Source of the DNA: an uncultured Methylomirabilota bacterium
Lineage (GTDB): Bacteria; Methylomirabilota; Methylomirabilia; Methylomirabilales; 2-02-FULL-66-22
Length of the DNA: 64,000 bases
Reading direction: 5' to 3'
Assembly: GCA_963845565.1 (NCBI GenBank)
Contig: CAWJSJ010000005.1
Location: 952,818 to 1,016,817, forward strand
Shown here: one piece after another, positions 47,100-57,473 of the stretch
How positions within the stretch are numbered: the stretch's first letter is position 1
Layout of the letters: the number at the start of each line of letters is the position of its first letter
The notes under the pieces: generated by a model
What the model saw: only the letters and a program-made list of their open reading frames with translations
What the model was told of the DNA's origin: nothing
Databases searched by the model: none
Position numbers and translations under genes: made by a program

Positions 47100-49121
47100 A
47101 TGAGGATCGTGCCGCGGTGTCGACCATGGCTCGTGCTCTTCGCTCTCCTGGTACTGCCGTCCGTGTCGTCTGCGCAGGGCCCCACGCGGGATCTCGTCAA
47201 CAACAACACGCTCAACCACGGCTCGACCATTCGCGACCTGCTGGCGACGCTTGACAAGGTCGGAGCAGACCACGAGGGCGTGGCGACCGAACTGGCCAGA
47301 TTGCGCGCCTCCTTCGGGATCGTTTTCGTGCCCGGCATTCTCGGCTCGACGCTCGAATCCGCGAGCAGGGGCAAGCTCTGGGGATTCGGGATCCCGGATC
47401 AGGACGCCCTGCGCCTCGACCCCGCGCTCATCGAGGAGACCGCGCCGTCGGATGTGACCACCGGCCTCGCCCTCTCCCTCGGCCCCGTGGACCTGTACCG
47501 CGAGGCGTTTCGTCTCCTCCGTCAGAGCGCCGGCAAGCTCGGCATCCCGGACAAGCGGGTGGTCGCGTGCGGGTACGACTGGCGACGGGACATCCGCTGG
47601 GGCGCGCGGGAACTGCACACGTGCATCACGACCCATCCGGACCTCAAGGATGCGACCGCACTGATCGTCGTCGCCCACAGCATGGGCGGGCTTGTGACGT
47701 GGAGCTGGCACCAGGACTACACGCGTGACGGCTGGTTGGGCGACACGCGGGTGATCGCCCTCGCCGTGCTCGGCTCTCCCCTGGAAGGCAGCTGCGAGAT
47801 GCTGCGCATGATTCAGGCCGGCTACGTCCAGCCGACACAGAACACCACGCTTCGCAACGACCAGGTGTGGCGGCGGTGGTGGAGCAAGATCGAGGGGATG
47901 AAGGATCGCTTCGTCAACGTCGTGACCTCGACGCTCTCCCAGGACCTGAGGGCGGTCATCCTCACCTGGCCGGGGGCGTTCGAGCTGATGCCCCGCCCGG
48001 CGCAGTCCGTCAACGACGATGCCCATCTGTGCGCGCGAGTCCCCGTCGATCCCACGGACCCCGACAACCGTCGCCCCCTCACCCCGTTCGATCCGACGTT
48101 CTGGAGCAGCACGCTCGGTGAAGATCTGCTGCGCCCGTACGCGCCGCCGCCGGATCTGGATGCCGTGCTTGCGAAGGCCGCCGAATTCCGGACGGGCTTC
48201 TCCGCGACCACACTGCGCTCGCCGACGTACCTGTTCGCCACGTTCGTGTGGGTGACGCCCACGCTGGTGCCCCTGACGGGAGACTACCGGCTTGCTGCGA
48301 GCGATTGGTACAGCAAGGACGGTGATGGGCGGGTTCTCGTGACCTCCGCGAGACCCGACGCGGTCGACGCGGCGGCAACGTTTTTCGTGTACAGCGTCCA
48401 CGGCAACCTGCCCGAGGACGAGATCTTCCACGCCGAGTTCTTCGGCGAACGGCTACCGCGCGTGCTCGCGGGGTACGTGGCCGCCCGGATACTCCAGATG
48501 TTCGGCGCCAACGACGGATTCCTCAAGGCGTATGCTGCCGCCGGCGGCCTGCTCGTCAACCCCCAGGACTTTCGTGTCGCGTTCGAGCGCGTCTCCAGCC
48601 CGGCCATCATCTATCCGCTGACACGCGAGGCCTGGGACAGCGCCGTGGACTTCAACAAGGCGCTGTGCGACGGGCCGATCGCCTGCGACGGCGGCTACCG
48701 GAACGCCGTGCTGGCCGCCTCCCGTGCGCGGACGGAGACGGCCCGGGCGGCGGCGTTCACCTCTGTCATCATCATGTCGCCAGAGGGCTCTCGCGAGGAA
48801 ACATTCGCCCGGGCGCAACGCGGGTTGGCCATGGCTCGCTCCCTGAACTGGGCGGCCGCGATCGACGACCTGCGCATCGCGGTACCGCGGCTCGAACAGA
48901 TGCGCGCCACAGCCGGTGGCCGCGAAGCGCAAAACGTTCGGGACCTGCGGGTCAACGCCACGGCCATGCTGGCGCGGGCGCTGGTCATTCGCGGCTATTG
49001 CGTCGAGGCACGGGAGCCGATGAGGAAGGCCGCCCAGGAGGGACAACCCTTTGCGATGCGCGATCTGCGCGCGCCCTGCTACGATCGCGGCTCAGGCAAG
49101 TACATCGCGCTGAATCGCTAA
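47100..49121 (+). CDS. Secreted alpha/beta-hydrolase (LCAT/phospholipase-like) with helical C-terminal domain
   Basis: Signal peptide; FVPGILGS, GYDWR, AHSMGG, LGSP, DGDGRV, H. Confidence 0.75.
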   Translation: MRIVPRCRPWLVLFALLVLPSVSSAQGPTRDLVNNNTLNHGSTIRDLLATLDKVGADHEGVATELARLRASFGIVFVPGILGSTLESASRGKLWGFGIPDQDALRLDPALIEETAPSDVTTGLALSLGPVDLYREAFRLLRQSAGKLGIPDKRVVACGYDWRRDIRWGARELHTCITTHPDLKDATALIVVAHSMGGLVTWSWHQDYTRDGWLGDTRVIALAVLGSPLEGSCEMLRMIQAGYVQPTQNTTLRNDQVWRRWWSKIEGMKDRFVNVVTSTLSQDLRAVILTWPGAFELMPRPAQSVNDDAHLCARVPVDPTDPDNRRPLTPFDPTFWSSTLGEDLLRPYAPPPDLDAVLAKAAEFRTGFSATTLRSPTYLFATFVWVTPTLVPLTGDYRLAASDWYSKDGDGRVLVTSARPDAVDAAATFFVYSVHGNLPEDEIFHAEFFGERLPRVLAGYVAARILQMFGANDGFLKAYAAAGGLLVNPQDFRVAFERVSSPAIIYPLTREAWDSAVDFNKALCDGPIACDGGYRNAVLAASRARTETARAAAFTSVIIMSPEGSREETFARAQRGLAMARSLNWAAAIDDLRIAVPRLEQMRATAGGREAQNVRDLRVNATAMLARALVIRGYCVEAREPMRKAAQEGQPFAMRDLRAPCYDRGSGKYIALNR

Positions 49122-49219
49122 GATGATATGTAGGCGGGGAGGTGTTGTCATCCTTAAACCGTCCGTCAATCTACCGTCCCGCAATCTGCAGGCGAGAATC
49201 GCGAGGCTGCGAGGTTGGC

Positions 49220-49780
49220 TTAGCGCGTCGGCCCCTTGGGTCGCGGTGGACGCGGGGGCGGGACAAGCAGGGGTTGCGCAGGGATGACGTCCGGTGAAAA
49301 ATAGGAGGCGAGACCCACGAAGTCCCAGAGGTTCACGGTCCACCGGCCGTCCTCGAACCGGAGAAAAAACGGCCGGTCGGTACTCTCCGCCCATGGTCGG
49401 CGTCTGTCCTCCAGGCCGAACCGGACATAGACGATGGCAAGGTCGGGAGATTGTGGGGTCACCCGGATGGCCTCGACCTGCTTCCCCGCCGCAGGTCGGG
49501 TCGTCCCGGCCCGCATCCGATCTGTAAAGTCCCCTTGCGACAGGGCCCGGCGGCTCGCGCTCGATCCCATATCCCACAAACGCCAGAACTCGTCGTAGGC
49601 CCAGGCTTCCATGGCGGATCGAAACGCCGCTTCGGCCTCCTGGGCCACCGCGTCCGGCGTCGCGGGTGTCCCTTCCATCGTGGCCGGCAAAACCAGGCCT
49701 CCACCCACAAGTGTCCAGAAGAGCAGTACGCCGGCGAACCGCCCTGCGCGGGACACGACCGAGTCCGGAGCGCCTCTCAT
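49220..49780 (-). CDS. Hypothetical exported/membrane-anchored protein
   Basis: Plausible ORF with N-terminal hydrophobic segment; fills the gap; no motif recognised. Confidence 0.55.
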   Translation of the reverse strand: MRGAPDSVVSRAGRFAGVLLFWTLVGGGLVLPATMEGTPATPDAVAQEAEAAFRSAMEAWAYDEFWRLWDMGSSASRRALSQGDFTDRMRAGTTRPAAGKQVEAIRVTPQSPDLAIVYVRFGLEDRRRPWAESTDRPFFLRFEDGRWTVNLWDFVGLASYFSPDVIPAQPLLVPPPRPPRPKGPTR

Positions 49781-50050
49781 GGGCCGAGGATAACTCGGTA
49801 AGGGACAGACGCACAGGAGGAATGGGAGACGGGTATTTTAAGACACATCCCTCAAACCGGTTTGTGCGTCGTAGAAGTCTGAGTAACTCCGACAGGTCAT
49901 GTCTCTGACGAGGGTCCGCCGTGTGACTATGGGATTCGCTGCCCTGCATTCCGCTTGACACTCGGGAGTCGGCTCAGGCAAATTGAAAATCCGTGCGGCC
50001 CCGTTTAGTGGGGCGGAAGTCGGGCAGTATCACCGGAAAAGGGAGCCGCT

Positions 50051-51622
50051 ATGTGGGCGGATGTGATCGTGATCGGGGCGGGGCTTGCCGGGATGACGGC
50101 GGCCCTGGCGGCGAAGCAAAACGGAGCCGAGGTAATTCTGGTGGATCGCGGCCCGATCGGGACTGGGACCAACTCCGCGCTGTCGAACGGGGTGTTCTCG
50201 GGGCCGGTATCGCCGGAACGGGCCGAGGAGTACGTGGAGTTGGTGGTCCGAATCGGCAGGGGGCTTAACCGTCCCGGCTACGTGCGACAGATCGCGCGCG
50301 ACGCGCCTGCCGCCGTCGAATTCCTGTGCTCTTTGGGTGTGGAGATCGCGAAGACGCCCGGCCAGTGGGCGGTGCGGTCGCCGAAGCCAGAGACGATCCC
50401 CGGGGTGACGCTGGTGCAGGGGGTGGTCCGGCAGGTGCTGGCCCGGAATCGGATCCGGGTGGAGCGGGGCGTCTACGTCTCGACACTCCTGCAGGCTTCC
50501 GGTCGAATCGTGGGTGTGTGCGGGCACGATCTTTGCGGCGAGGCGCGCGAGATTCGCGGCAGCTCGACGATCCTGGCCTGCGGCGGGGCGGGCGCCATCT
50601 ACGCGAAGCATGACAACCAGGCATCCATCATGGGGCAGGGGTATTACCTGGCCGCATGCGCCGGGCTCGATCTGTGGGACATGGAGTTCGTCCAGTGCTA
50701 TCCCATCGTCCTCGACGAGCCCGACATGCCGATGATGATGATCTACCCCCCGTATCCGCAGGAGGCGACCCTGATCGGTCCGGCGGGAGAGGATCTCCTC
50801 CAGAAGCACGACCTGGGCAATATCAATCAGGCTATCATCCGGAAACGTGATGTCTTCTCCGCCATGCTGATGACGGAAGGAAAGGCCGGGCCAATCTGCA
50901 TGGATCTTCGGGCAGTGCCTGATGAGAAGTGGGAAGTCCATCCACTGAGCCTCCTCAAGCGTTTCAGGGCCGAGTGTCGGCAACGGCCCATCCGCATTTC
51001 GCCTGCCGTCCATTTCTTCATGGGAGGGGTGCGGACCGACGAGGAAGGGCAGACCGACTTGAGCGGGCTCTTTGCATGCGGCGAGATGGTGTGGGGGCTG
51101 CACGGCGCAAACCGGATGGGAGGAAACGCATTGATGGAATGCCTGGTGTCGGGACGCCTGGCCGGTCTGGGTGCGGCACGATTGGCAAGCGCTCATCCGG
51201 ATCTCCCAGCCGCACCGATCTCGCCAGTGGCCAGCGAGGGGCCGGCCGGGTCCGAGCGGGTGGATCTCCGGGACCTTCGGCGACGCCTCCAGGACGCCGC
51301 GTGGGAGCACGCCGGTGTGGTGCGATCACGCGAGGGGATGGTCGCCGGACTCCGCAAGGCCGAGCATATGTGGCGGGCGTTGCGTGCCGCACGGTTTGAT
51401 ACGCCGAAGGAACGAGTTCTCCAGGAGGACCTTCTCGGCGGGACCTTCACCCTCCGAGCGGTCCTGACGGCGGGACTCGGCCGGCTCGAAAGCCGAGGCG
51501 GTTTCCTGCGCGAGGATTATCCCGCACAGGACGACGCGCAGTGGCTTCGGAATTCACGTGTGAGTTGGGACCCCGCCAGCGACCGATTCCGTGTGGAGTA
51601 CGTCCCGGTCGAAGTCGGATGA
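50051..51622 (+). CDS. FAD-dependent oxidoreductase, SdhA/FrdA/NadB family
   Basis: VIGAGLAG, DMEFVQ, VHFFMGG, LFACGE, LHGANRMGGNAL, RLESRGG, REDYP. Confidence 0.88.
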   Translation: MWADVIVIGAGLAGMTAALAAKQNGAEVILVDRGPIGTGTNSALSNGVFSGPVSPERAEEYVELVVRIGRGLNRPGYVRQIARDAPAAVEFLCSLGVEIAKTPGQWAVRSPKPETIPGVTLVQGVVRQVLARNRIRVERGVYVSTLLQASGRIVGVCGHDLCGEAREIRGSSTILACGGAGAIYAKHDNQASIMGQGYYLAACAGLDLWDMEFVQCYPIVLDEPDMPMMMIYPPYPQEATLIGPAGEDLLQKHDLGNINQAIIRKRDVFSAMLMTEGKAGPICMDLRAVPDEKWEVHPLSLLKRFRAECRQRPIRISPAVHFFMGGVRTDEEGQTDLSGLFACGEMVWGLHGANRMGGNALMECLVSGRLAGLGAARLASAHPDLPAAPISPVASEGPAGSERVDLRDLRRRLQDAAWEHAGVVRSREGMVAGLRKAEHMWRALRAARFDTPKERVLQEDLLGGTFTLRAVLTAGLGRLESRGGFLREDYPAQDDAQWLRNSRVSWDPASDRFRVEYVPVEVG

Positions 51623-51731
51623 GCGCGTCGGGGGACATGCAAAGAATTCCGAACGACTCCATCGGGTAGTTCGAGAAAAGACCTGCCAGTCAACAACCTT
51701 CCTGGCCCCAACGCTCCGGAATGTCGAAAAG

Positions 51732-51768
51732 AAAAGCGGGACGACGCCTTGCCGTCGTCCCGCTTTTT
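51732..51768. terminator. Bidirectional intrinsic terminator
   Basis: AAAAGCGGGACGACG-loop-CGTCGTCCCGCTTTTT between convergent genes. Confidence 0.8.
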
Positions 51769-51789
51769 GTGCTTCCAAAACTCCCCGGC

Positions 51790-53106
51790 CTACCCGAAAA
51801 GCCAGCGCGGGAACCAGAGGGCGATCTCGGGGAAAAGCATGAGGAGGATCAGCGCGATGACCTGCAGGACCATGAAATCCGCCATGCCTTTGTAGATCGT
51901 CCCCAGGTCCCAGTCGGGAACTACCGCTTTCAGATAGTAGGCCGACATGGCCACCGGCGGCGAGAGGAAGGCCGTCTGGAGGTTCACCGCCACCAGGGCC
52001 CCGAACCAGATCAAGTCGTACTTCAATGCCACGATGAGCGGCATCACGATAGGCAGGAACAGGTAGATGATGGCCGGCCACTCGAAGGGCCAGCCCAGGA
52101 CGAAGATCAGCGCCATCACGATCAGGAGCATCACGAAGGGGGGGAACTGAAGGGAGAGGAGGGTTCTGGTCATCAGATCGGCCGAACCAAGGCGGGCGAA
52201 GACCGCCCCAAAGACGTTGGAGGCCACCCCGAGGAAGAGCACCATGCTGGTCGTCTGGATGGTGTTGTAGGCCGCCTGGTACAACATCTTGAAGGACAGC
52301 TTTCGGTATCCCAGGGCGAGGATCACCGACCCGCTCGCGCCCATGGCGGCCGCCTCGGTGGGGGTCGCCATCCCGATCAGGATACTGCCCATGGTTCCAC
52401 CGATGAGCACGCCCAGAGGCACCATGCCGATCGCGAACTCCTTGAGAAGGAGTAGCCACGAATCGAGCCGTTCCTCCTTGGGGACCGGGGGGCCCAGCTC
52501 CGGGTTGATGTAGCAGCGAATCAAGAGGTAGGCCACATAGAGGCTGGCCAGGAGAAAGCCCGGGCCAAAGGCGGCAGCGTATAGCTTGGCCACCGAGACG
52601 TTCATCACCGGTCCCATCACCACCAGCATGACGCTAGGGGGGATCAGGATCCCCAGGGTCCCTCCGGCGGCGATGGCCCCGGCCGCCATGCGGGGGTTGT
52701 AATTGCATTTCATCATGATGGGGGCCGCCATGATCCCGAGCACCGTCACGGCGGCGCCAACGATCCCGGTGGCCATGGCGAAGATGGTGGCCGTAAAGAC
52801 CACCCCCAAGTAGAGTGAGCCCTTGAGGGGAGCCAGCAGGAACCGGAATGCCCGAAACAGCCGCTCCATCAGGTCCGCCCGTTCCACGATGTAGCCCATG
52901 AAGATGAAGAGCGGGACGGCGGCCAGGACCTCCTCCTGCATCATTCCATAGGTCTGGATCACCATCAGGTCGAAGACCATCTGCCCCAGGCCGACATAGC
53001 CGAACACGACTGCCACCACGATCAACGTGAAGGAGATGGGAAAGCCCACGAAGATCACGGCGAGGAGCGCCACCAGCATCACGATGCCGAGCAGTTCCGG
53101 GTTCAT
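51790..53106 (-). CDS. dctM: TRAP transporter large permease
   Basis: LAAVPLFIFMG, GTLGILIPPS, ATPTEAA, NLQTAFLSPP. Confidence 0.92.
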   Translation of the reverse strand: MNPELLGIVMLVALLAVIFVGFPISFTLIVVAVVFGYVGLGQMVFDLMVIQTYGMMQEEVLAAVPLFIFMGYIVERADLMERLFRAFRFLLAPLKGSLYLGVVFTATIFAMATGIVGAAVTVLGIMAAPIMMKCNYNPRMAAGAIAAGGTLGILIPPSVMLVVMGPVMNVSVAKLYAAAFGPGFLLASLYVAYLLIRCYINPELGPPVPKEERLDSWLLLLKEFAIGMVPLGVLIGGTMGSILIGMATPTEAAAMGASGSVILALGYRKLSFKMLYQAAYNTIQTTSMVLFLGVASNVFGAVFARLGSADLMTRTLLSLQFPPFVMLLIVMALIFVLGWPFEWPAIIYLFLPIVMPLIVALKYDLIWFGALVAVNLQTAFLSPPVAMSAYYLKAVVPDWDLGTIYKGMADFMVLQVIALILLMLFPEIALWFPRWLFG

Positions 53107-53609
53107 AGCCACTCCCCCCGCTTGGCGGCGTAAACGCTCTTTAGGAGTTCGGACACGCCCTGGATCAGCAGGAGGCAGGCGGTCACGGGGATCACGGTCT
53201 TGAACGGATAGATGATGGGCCGCCAGGGACTCAAAGCCGCACGTTCCGCCGTCGCCCAAGAATGGGCGGCGTAGTCCCAGCCGGCCACCAGAAAGAAGAT
53301 GATCCCGGGGAAGTAGAACAGGATATACATGACGGCGTCAATCGTGCCCTGTTTTTTTGGTGGCCAATTGTTGTAGAAGAGGTCGGTCCGGATGTGGCCC
53401 TTTTTCAGCAGCGTGAAGGCCGCCGCCAGCATGAAGATGGTCCCGTAGAGGATGTAGGTGACGTCATAGGCCCACTCGGTGGGCGCGTGGAAGACGTACC
53501 GGGCGAAGACTTCGTAGGTCAGCGCAAGAACCAGGGGAAAACAGAGAAAGGCGATGACCTTCCCAGACCACTCCGCAAACCAGTCGATCCCGTGTATGAT
53601 CTTCACCAT
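53103..53609 (-). CDS. dctQ: TRAP transporter small permease
   Basis: EVFARYVFHAPTEW, GHIRTD; 4 TM. Confidence 0.9.
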   Translation of the reverse strand: MVKIIHGIDWFAEWSGKVIAFLCFPLVLALTYEVFARYVFHAPTEWAYDVTYILYGTIFMLAAAFTLLKKGHIRTDLFYNNWPPKKQGTIDAVMYILFYFPGIIFFLVAGWDYAAHSWATAERAALSPWRPIIYPFKTVIPVTACLLLIQGVSELLKSVYAAKRGEWL

Positions 53610-53718
53610 GGAATCCAAGAGCCTTGCCCTCCCGGTCAGAGGTGCCTCCCGACTCCTGCGACCGTACGATGTGGACACGGCCCCGTGGGGCGCGTGCTCT
53701 CGGTGATATACACAGCTA

Positions 53719-53750
53719 CGGGGTCGGGGGCCGTCCGGCCCCCGACCCCG
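53719..53750. terminator. GC-rich hairpin after dctP (mRNA stabiliser or partial terminator)
   Basis: CGGGGTCGGGGGCC-GTCC-GGCCCCCGACCCCG. Confidence 0.6.
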
Positions 53751-53782
53751 CAATCGTCATCCAAAATGACGACGGCAGTCCG

Positions 53783-54901
53783 CTAGGGCTTCTGCACCTT
53801 GTAGGGGTTAGCCTTGCCCCAGTAGTGCTCGGCCGCCAGGTCATACGGCGGATGCGCGATAGTCCGGTAGGGCACCACCCGCTCGGCCCACGCCTTCTGG
53901 GAGGCGTACACTTTGGCGAAGAAGGGGTTCTCCTTCACGTACTTTTCGGCCACCTTGTCCCAGGCGACCAGGATCTCCTTCATGATCTCGCGCGGGGTCT
54001 CGATGAGCTTGACATTCTTCTGCTCGACCAGCGTCTTGAGGTCCTTGCTGTTCTGATCCACCATCATCAAGGTGAAGTTGATGGCCTGGGCCTGACAGGC
54101 GTTCTCGATGATGGCCTTCAGGTCCGCCGGCAGGGCGTCCCATTTCGTCTTGTTGATCAGAAGCTCCATGATGCCGGTGGGCTGATGGACGCTAGGCATG
54201 TGGTAGAACTTGCGCACGTCCGCGAAGCCCACGGCCATGTCGGAGCTGGGATCGCTATACTCGGCGGCGTCGATCACCCCTCGCTCCAGGGCCGGCACGA
54301 TCTCGCCGCCCGGCAGGGAGACCACGCTCATGCCCATGGCCTTGAAGACCTCGGCCGACATCCCGCCGGCCCGGAACTTCAGCCCCCTGAAGGCCTTCAT
54401 GTCCTTCACGGGCCCCTTGAACCAGCCCAGTGGCTCGGGGGTCTCGCCATAGGTCGGGAAGGCCACCAGGTTCAGCTTCATCTCTTTCTGCAGCAGCTCG
54501 TTGTAGAGCTGGACACCGCCCGCCAGGTACATCCAGCCAAGGAAGTCCTCGGCATTCATGCCGAAGGGGCCACCGGGTATGCTGGCGAAGAGGGTCGCCG
54601 CGGGGTGCTTGCCGTACCAGTAGCCGGGCCAACCGTTGCCGACGTCCAGGATCCCCTTGTGGGTGGCGTCCAGGACATCGAAGGCTGGGACGATGGCACC
54701 CGCCGCCTGCATGTTGATCTTGAGTCGGCCGCCCGCCATGGCCTCGATCTTGTCCACCACCCCCTTGGGGTTATTCTGGTGGAAGTCGGCGGCCGTCCAG
54801 GTGCTCTGCCCCTTCCAGTTGATGGTCGCGGCCCAGCCGGGTGTCGCGCACAGGGTAAACGCTGCTGCCAACACGATTGAAGCAACCAACCATTTACGCA
54901 T
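53783..54901 (-). CDS. dctP: TRAP substrate-binding protein (TakP-like, keto acid/monocarboxylate group)
   Basis: Signal peptide; WKGQSTW, YWYGK, GWF, GLKFR, PALERGVIDAAEY. Confidence 0.9.
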   Translation of the reverse strand: MRKWLVASIVLAAAFTLCATPGWAATINWKGQSTWTAADFHQNNPKGVVDKIEAMAGGRLKINMQAAGAIVPAFDVLDATHKGILDVGNGWPGYWYGKHPAATLFASIPGGPFGMNAEDFLGWMYLAGGVQLYNELLQKEMKLNLVAFPTYGETPEPLGWFKGPVKDMKAFRGLKFRAGGMSAEVFKAMGMSVVSLPGGEIVPALERGVIDAAEYSDPSSDMAVGFADVRKFYHMPSVHQPTGIMELLINKTKWDALPADLKAIIENACQAQAINFTLMMVDQNSKDLKTLVEQKNVKLIETPREIMKEILVAWDKVAEKYVKENPFFAKVYASQKAWAERVVPYRTIAHPPYDLAAEHYWGKANPYKVQKP

Positions 54902-55459
54902 CGTCGTGCCTCCTTGTTGGAAGATGGATGGGACGACATGGGGCCAAATGGCCCGGGAACAACCCGACGTCGGAGGATTCAGTGTGGAGTAAACGAACGG
55001 GAGGTCCTGCTGAGCTCGTTGCGCACATTCCCGCATGGCATACTCGCGTGAGCCGAGTGGCTCATGGTTGGGCTGCGCAGGAAACACAACCCGTCGTTGG
55101 GAGGGCCCCCGCGCCAGGTTCGGATGGTCAGACGTCCAAGAGACAGCCAATCACCCTACGTTACGGGAATACCATCTGGGCAAAAAGCCCGGCGACCACT
55201 GAAGGATCGCCCGTGAAGTGCCCCGAAAATCCCTCGGATGCCGGCGTGTTGTCAAGCGAAAGATGTGAAGTGCCTGTCCGGGGCGCCGAACGGCGGCAAG
55301 CCCAGACAACCTTCGCGCCGTCAACGGTGGCCGCCGTTTCCTGTGTTCCGTGGGTTGGTCTTTCCTGCTGGCTTTCTGCCGGTGTAGAATAGGCGCACTC
55401 GGACGCGTGGGCGCCGCGCGGGTCTTCCGGTATCCGCGCGTTTTGGAGAAGGTCCGCAG

Positions 55460-55969
55460 ATGCGTAATCGGTGGGTCGGGCTCGTCGCGGCGGCGCTGGC
55501 AGCGGCGGGGTGCGCAGCGGATGGCGGGTCGCTTGCCCGACAGGCGATCCCGGATTACAGCCGTTTTGCGCATTCCTCGACGGGACGGCACCTCACGCTT
55601 TATTGGGATTGCGTCCGGACAGAATCCGGCTCTCTTCGCCTGGAAGGTGTGGGTGTAAACACCTGGGAGCCCATCCCGCCCCGATTCCTGGAATTCACCC
55701 TTTCCGGGGTTGACGCGCAGGGCCGAGTGCTCTCGCGGATGCGAGGGGCCGCACAGGGCATGGACCTCTTGCAGGGTTTCCCGGCGCCTTTCCGTTTGGA
55801 GCTCAAAGAGCAGGGAGGAGAGGTTCGGGTCGATCTTCTCTATCAATACCAGTATGTGGACGACAGCTTCGACAGGCTCTCCCGTATGCTCCCTTCCTAT
55901 ATGACCCAACAGGTTCGCGACGCGTGCGGCATTGGCGCGCACCGACATCGTTCGTCAACCTCGCCCTGA
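55460..55969 (+). CDS. Hypothetical lipoprotein
   Basis: MRNRW...LAAAGC lipobox. Confidence 0.65.
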   Translation: MRNRWVGLVAAALAAAGCAADGGSLARQAIPDYSRFAHSSTGRHLTLYWDCVRTESGSLRLEGVGVNTWEPIPPRFLEFTLSGVDAQGRVLSRMRGAAQGMDLLQGFPAPFRLELKEQGGEVRVDLLYQYQYVDDSFDRLSRMLPSYMTQQVRDACGIGAHRHRSSTSP

Positions 55970-56165
55970 ATCTCCGGCGATCCTTCTTGGCATACAATCT
56001 GACCTGTTGGCGAAGCGGCGTATTGACCGTCGAAGGCGGACGGTGCATGATGATCGCCACCCGCACGGCCGTCGTGCGAGAGGCGTGAGAAGGCGCGCTA
56101 CTGGCTTCGCTATTCACCCCATGCCTCGTGACAGGATGAGGACGCTCACACCGGAGGACCACACC

Positions 56166-57383
56166 ATGCCAAGAGCCCTGGAAGGTATTCGCGTTGTGGA
56201 TCTCAGCCACGTCTTGGCGGCCCCGACCACCAGCATGATCCTGGCGGACCTGGGCGCCGAGGTGATCCACGTCGAAAAAGAAGACGGAGACGATTCGCGG
56301 GAGTTCGGCCCGTTCGTCGGAGGACACGACAAGAATCGCAGCGGATATTTCATCAGCCTGAACCGGAACAAGAAGAGCTTGGTGCTGAATCTCAAGAGTG
56401 AAAAGGGGAAAGAGATTCTGCGCGAGTTGATTCGGGTGTCCGACGTGGTACTCGAGAACTTCCGGCCGGATACCATGCAGAAGCTTGGATTCGGCTGGGA
56501 AGAGATCCAGAAGATCAATCCTCGCGCCGTCTATTGCTCCATCTGCGGCTTTGGGCATGACACCCTCCCACAATACGGCAGTCGCCCCGCCTACGACATG
56601 GTCGCCCAAGCGTACAGCGGCCTCATGAGCATCACCGGCCCCGAGGGGGGGCCGCCGTGTCGGGTCGGTTCCTCGGTTGGCGACATCATCGCGGGGATGC
56701 AAGGCGTTATTGGGATTCTGGCCGCCCTCCGGTATCGGGAACGAAGCGGCCGAGGGCAGTACGTCGACATCGCCATGGTGGACAGCCTGTTCTCGGTGCT
56801 CGAGAACGCCGTCGCCCGCTACGTGAATACCGGAGAGACGCCCGGGCCGCTCGGCGGCGCCCACCCGTCCATCGCGCCGTTTCAGGGCTTCCAGGGTAAA
56901 GACGGCCAATGGGTGATCGCCGCCATCGGGAACGATAAGCTGTGGACGGAGTACTGCAAGGTCTTGGGACGAGAAGACCTGATCGAGCATCCGAAGTTCA
57001 AGACCAATCCCCTGCGCTGCGACCACCGAAAGGAAATGATTGCGATCCTCGAGAAAGAGATGGTGAAGAAGACGGCCGCGGAGTGGTGCGAGATCTTCGA
57101 GCAGCGGCGCATTCCGTATTCGCCGATCAACAACCTGAAGCAGATCTGCGAGGACGCCCACATCCGGCACCGGAAGATGCTGGTGGAAATCGATCAGCCG
57201 GTGGTCGGGAAGATGCGCGTGTCCGCCTCGCCGTTCAAGCTGTCCGAAACCCCGGGTGAGGTGTATGCGCCGGCGCCTATGTTGGGCCAACATTCTGACG
57301 AGGTCCTGCAACGACTCCTGGGATACTCGCCGGAGCAGGTGGCGCAACTCAAGGCCGCGGGCGTCATCAACGCGACGGTCTAA
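56166..57383 (+). CDS. Family III CoA transferase (CaiB/BaiF/Frc)
   Basis: LEGIRVVDLS, LADLGAEVI, NRNKKS, ENFRP, YDMVAQAYSGLM, APMLGQH. Confidence 0.93.
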   Translation: MPRALEGIRVVDLSHVLAAPTTSMILADLGAEVIHVEKEDGDDSREFGPFVGGHDKNRSGYFISLNRNKKSLVLNLKSEKGKEILRELIRVSDVVLENFRPDTMQKLGFGWEEIQKINPRAVYCSICGFGHDTLPQYGSRPAYDMVAQAYSGLMSITGPEGGPPCRVGSSVGDIIAGMQGVIGILAALRYRERSGRGQYVDIAMVDSLFSVLENAVARYVNTGETPGPLGGAHPSIAPFQGFQGKDGQWVIAAIGNDKLWTEYCKVLGREDLIEHPKFKTNPLRCDHRKEMIAILEKEMVKKTAAEWCEIFEQRRIPYSPINNLKQICEDAHIRHRKMLVEIDQPVVGKMRVSASPFKLSETPGEVYAPAPMLGQHSDEVLQRLLGYSPEQVAQLKAAGVINATV

Positions 57384-57473
57384 TCAAGATCGCCCAACCC
57401 GATCCGACGCGACCGCTCGGCCGACGATCGCCGAGCGGTCGCGTCCCTTTGAGGAAAGAGCACGGCACCGATC

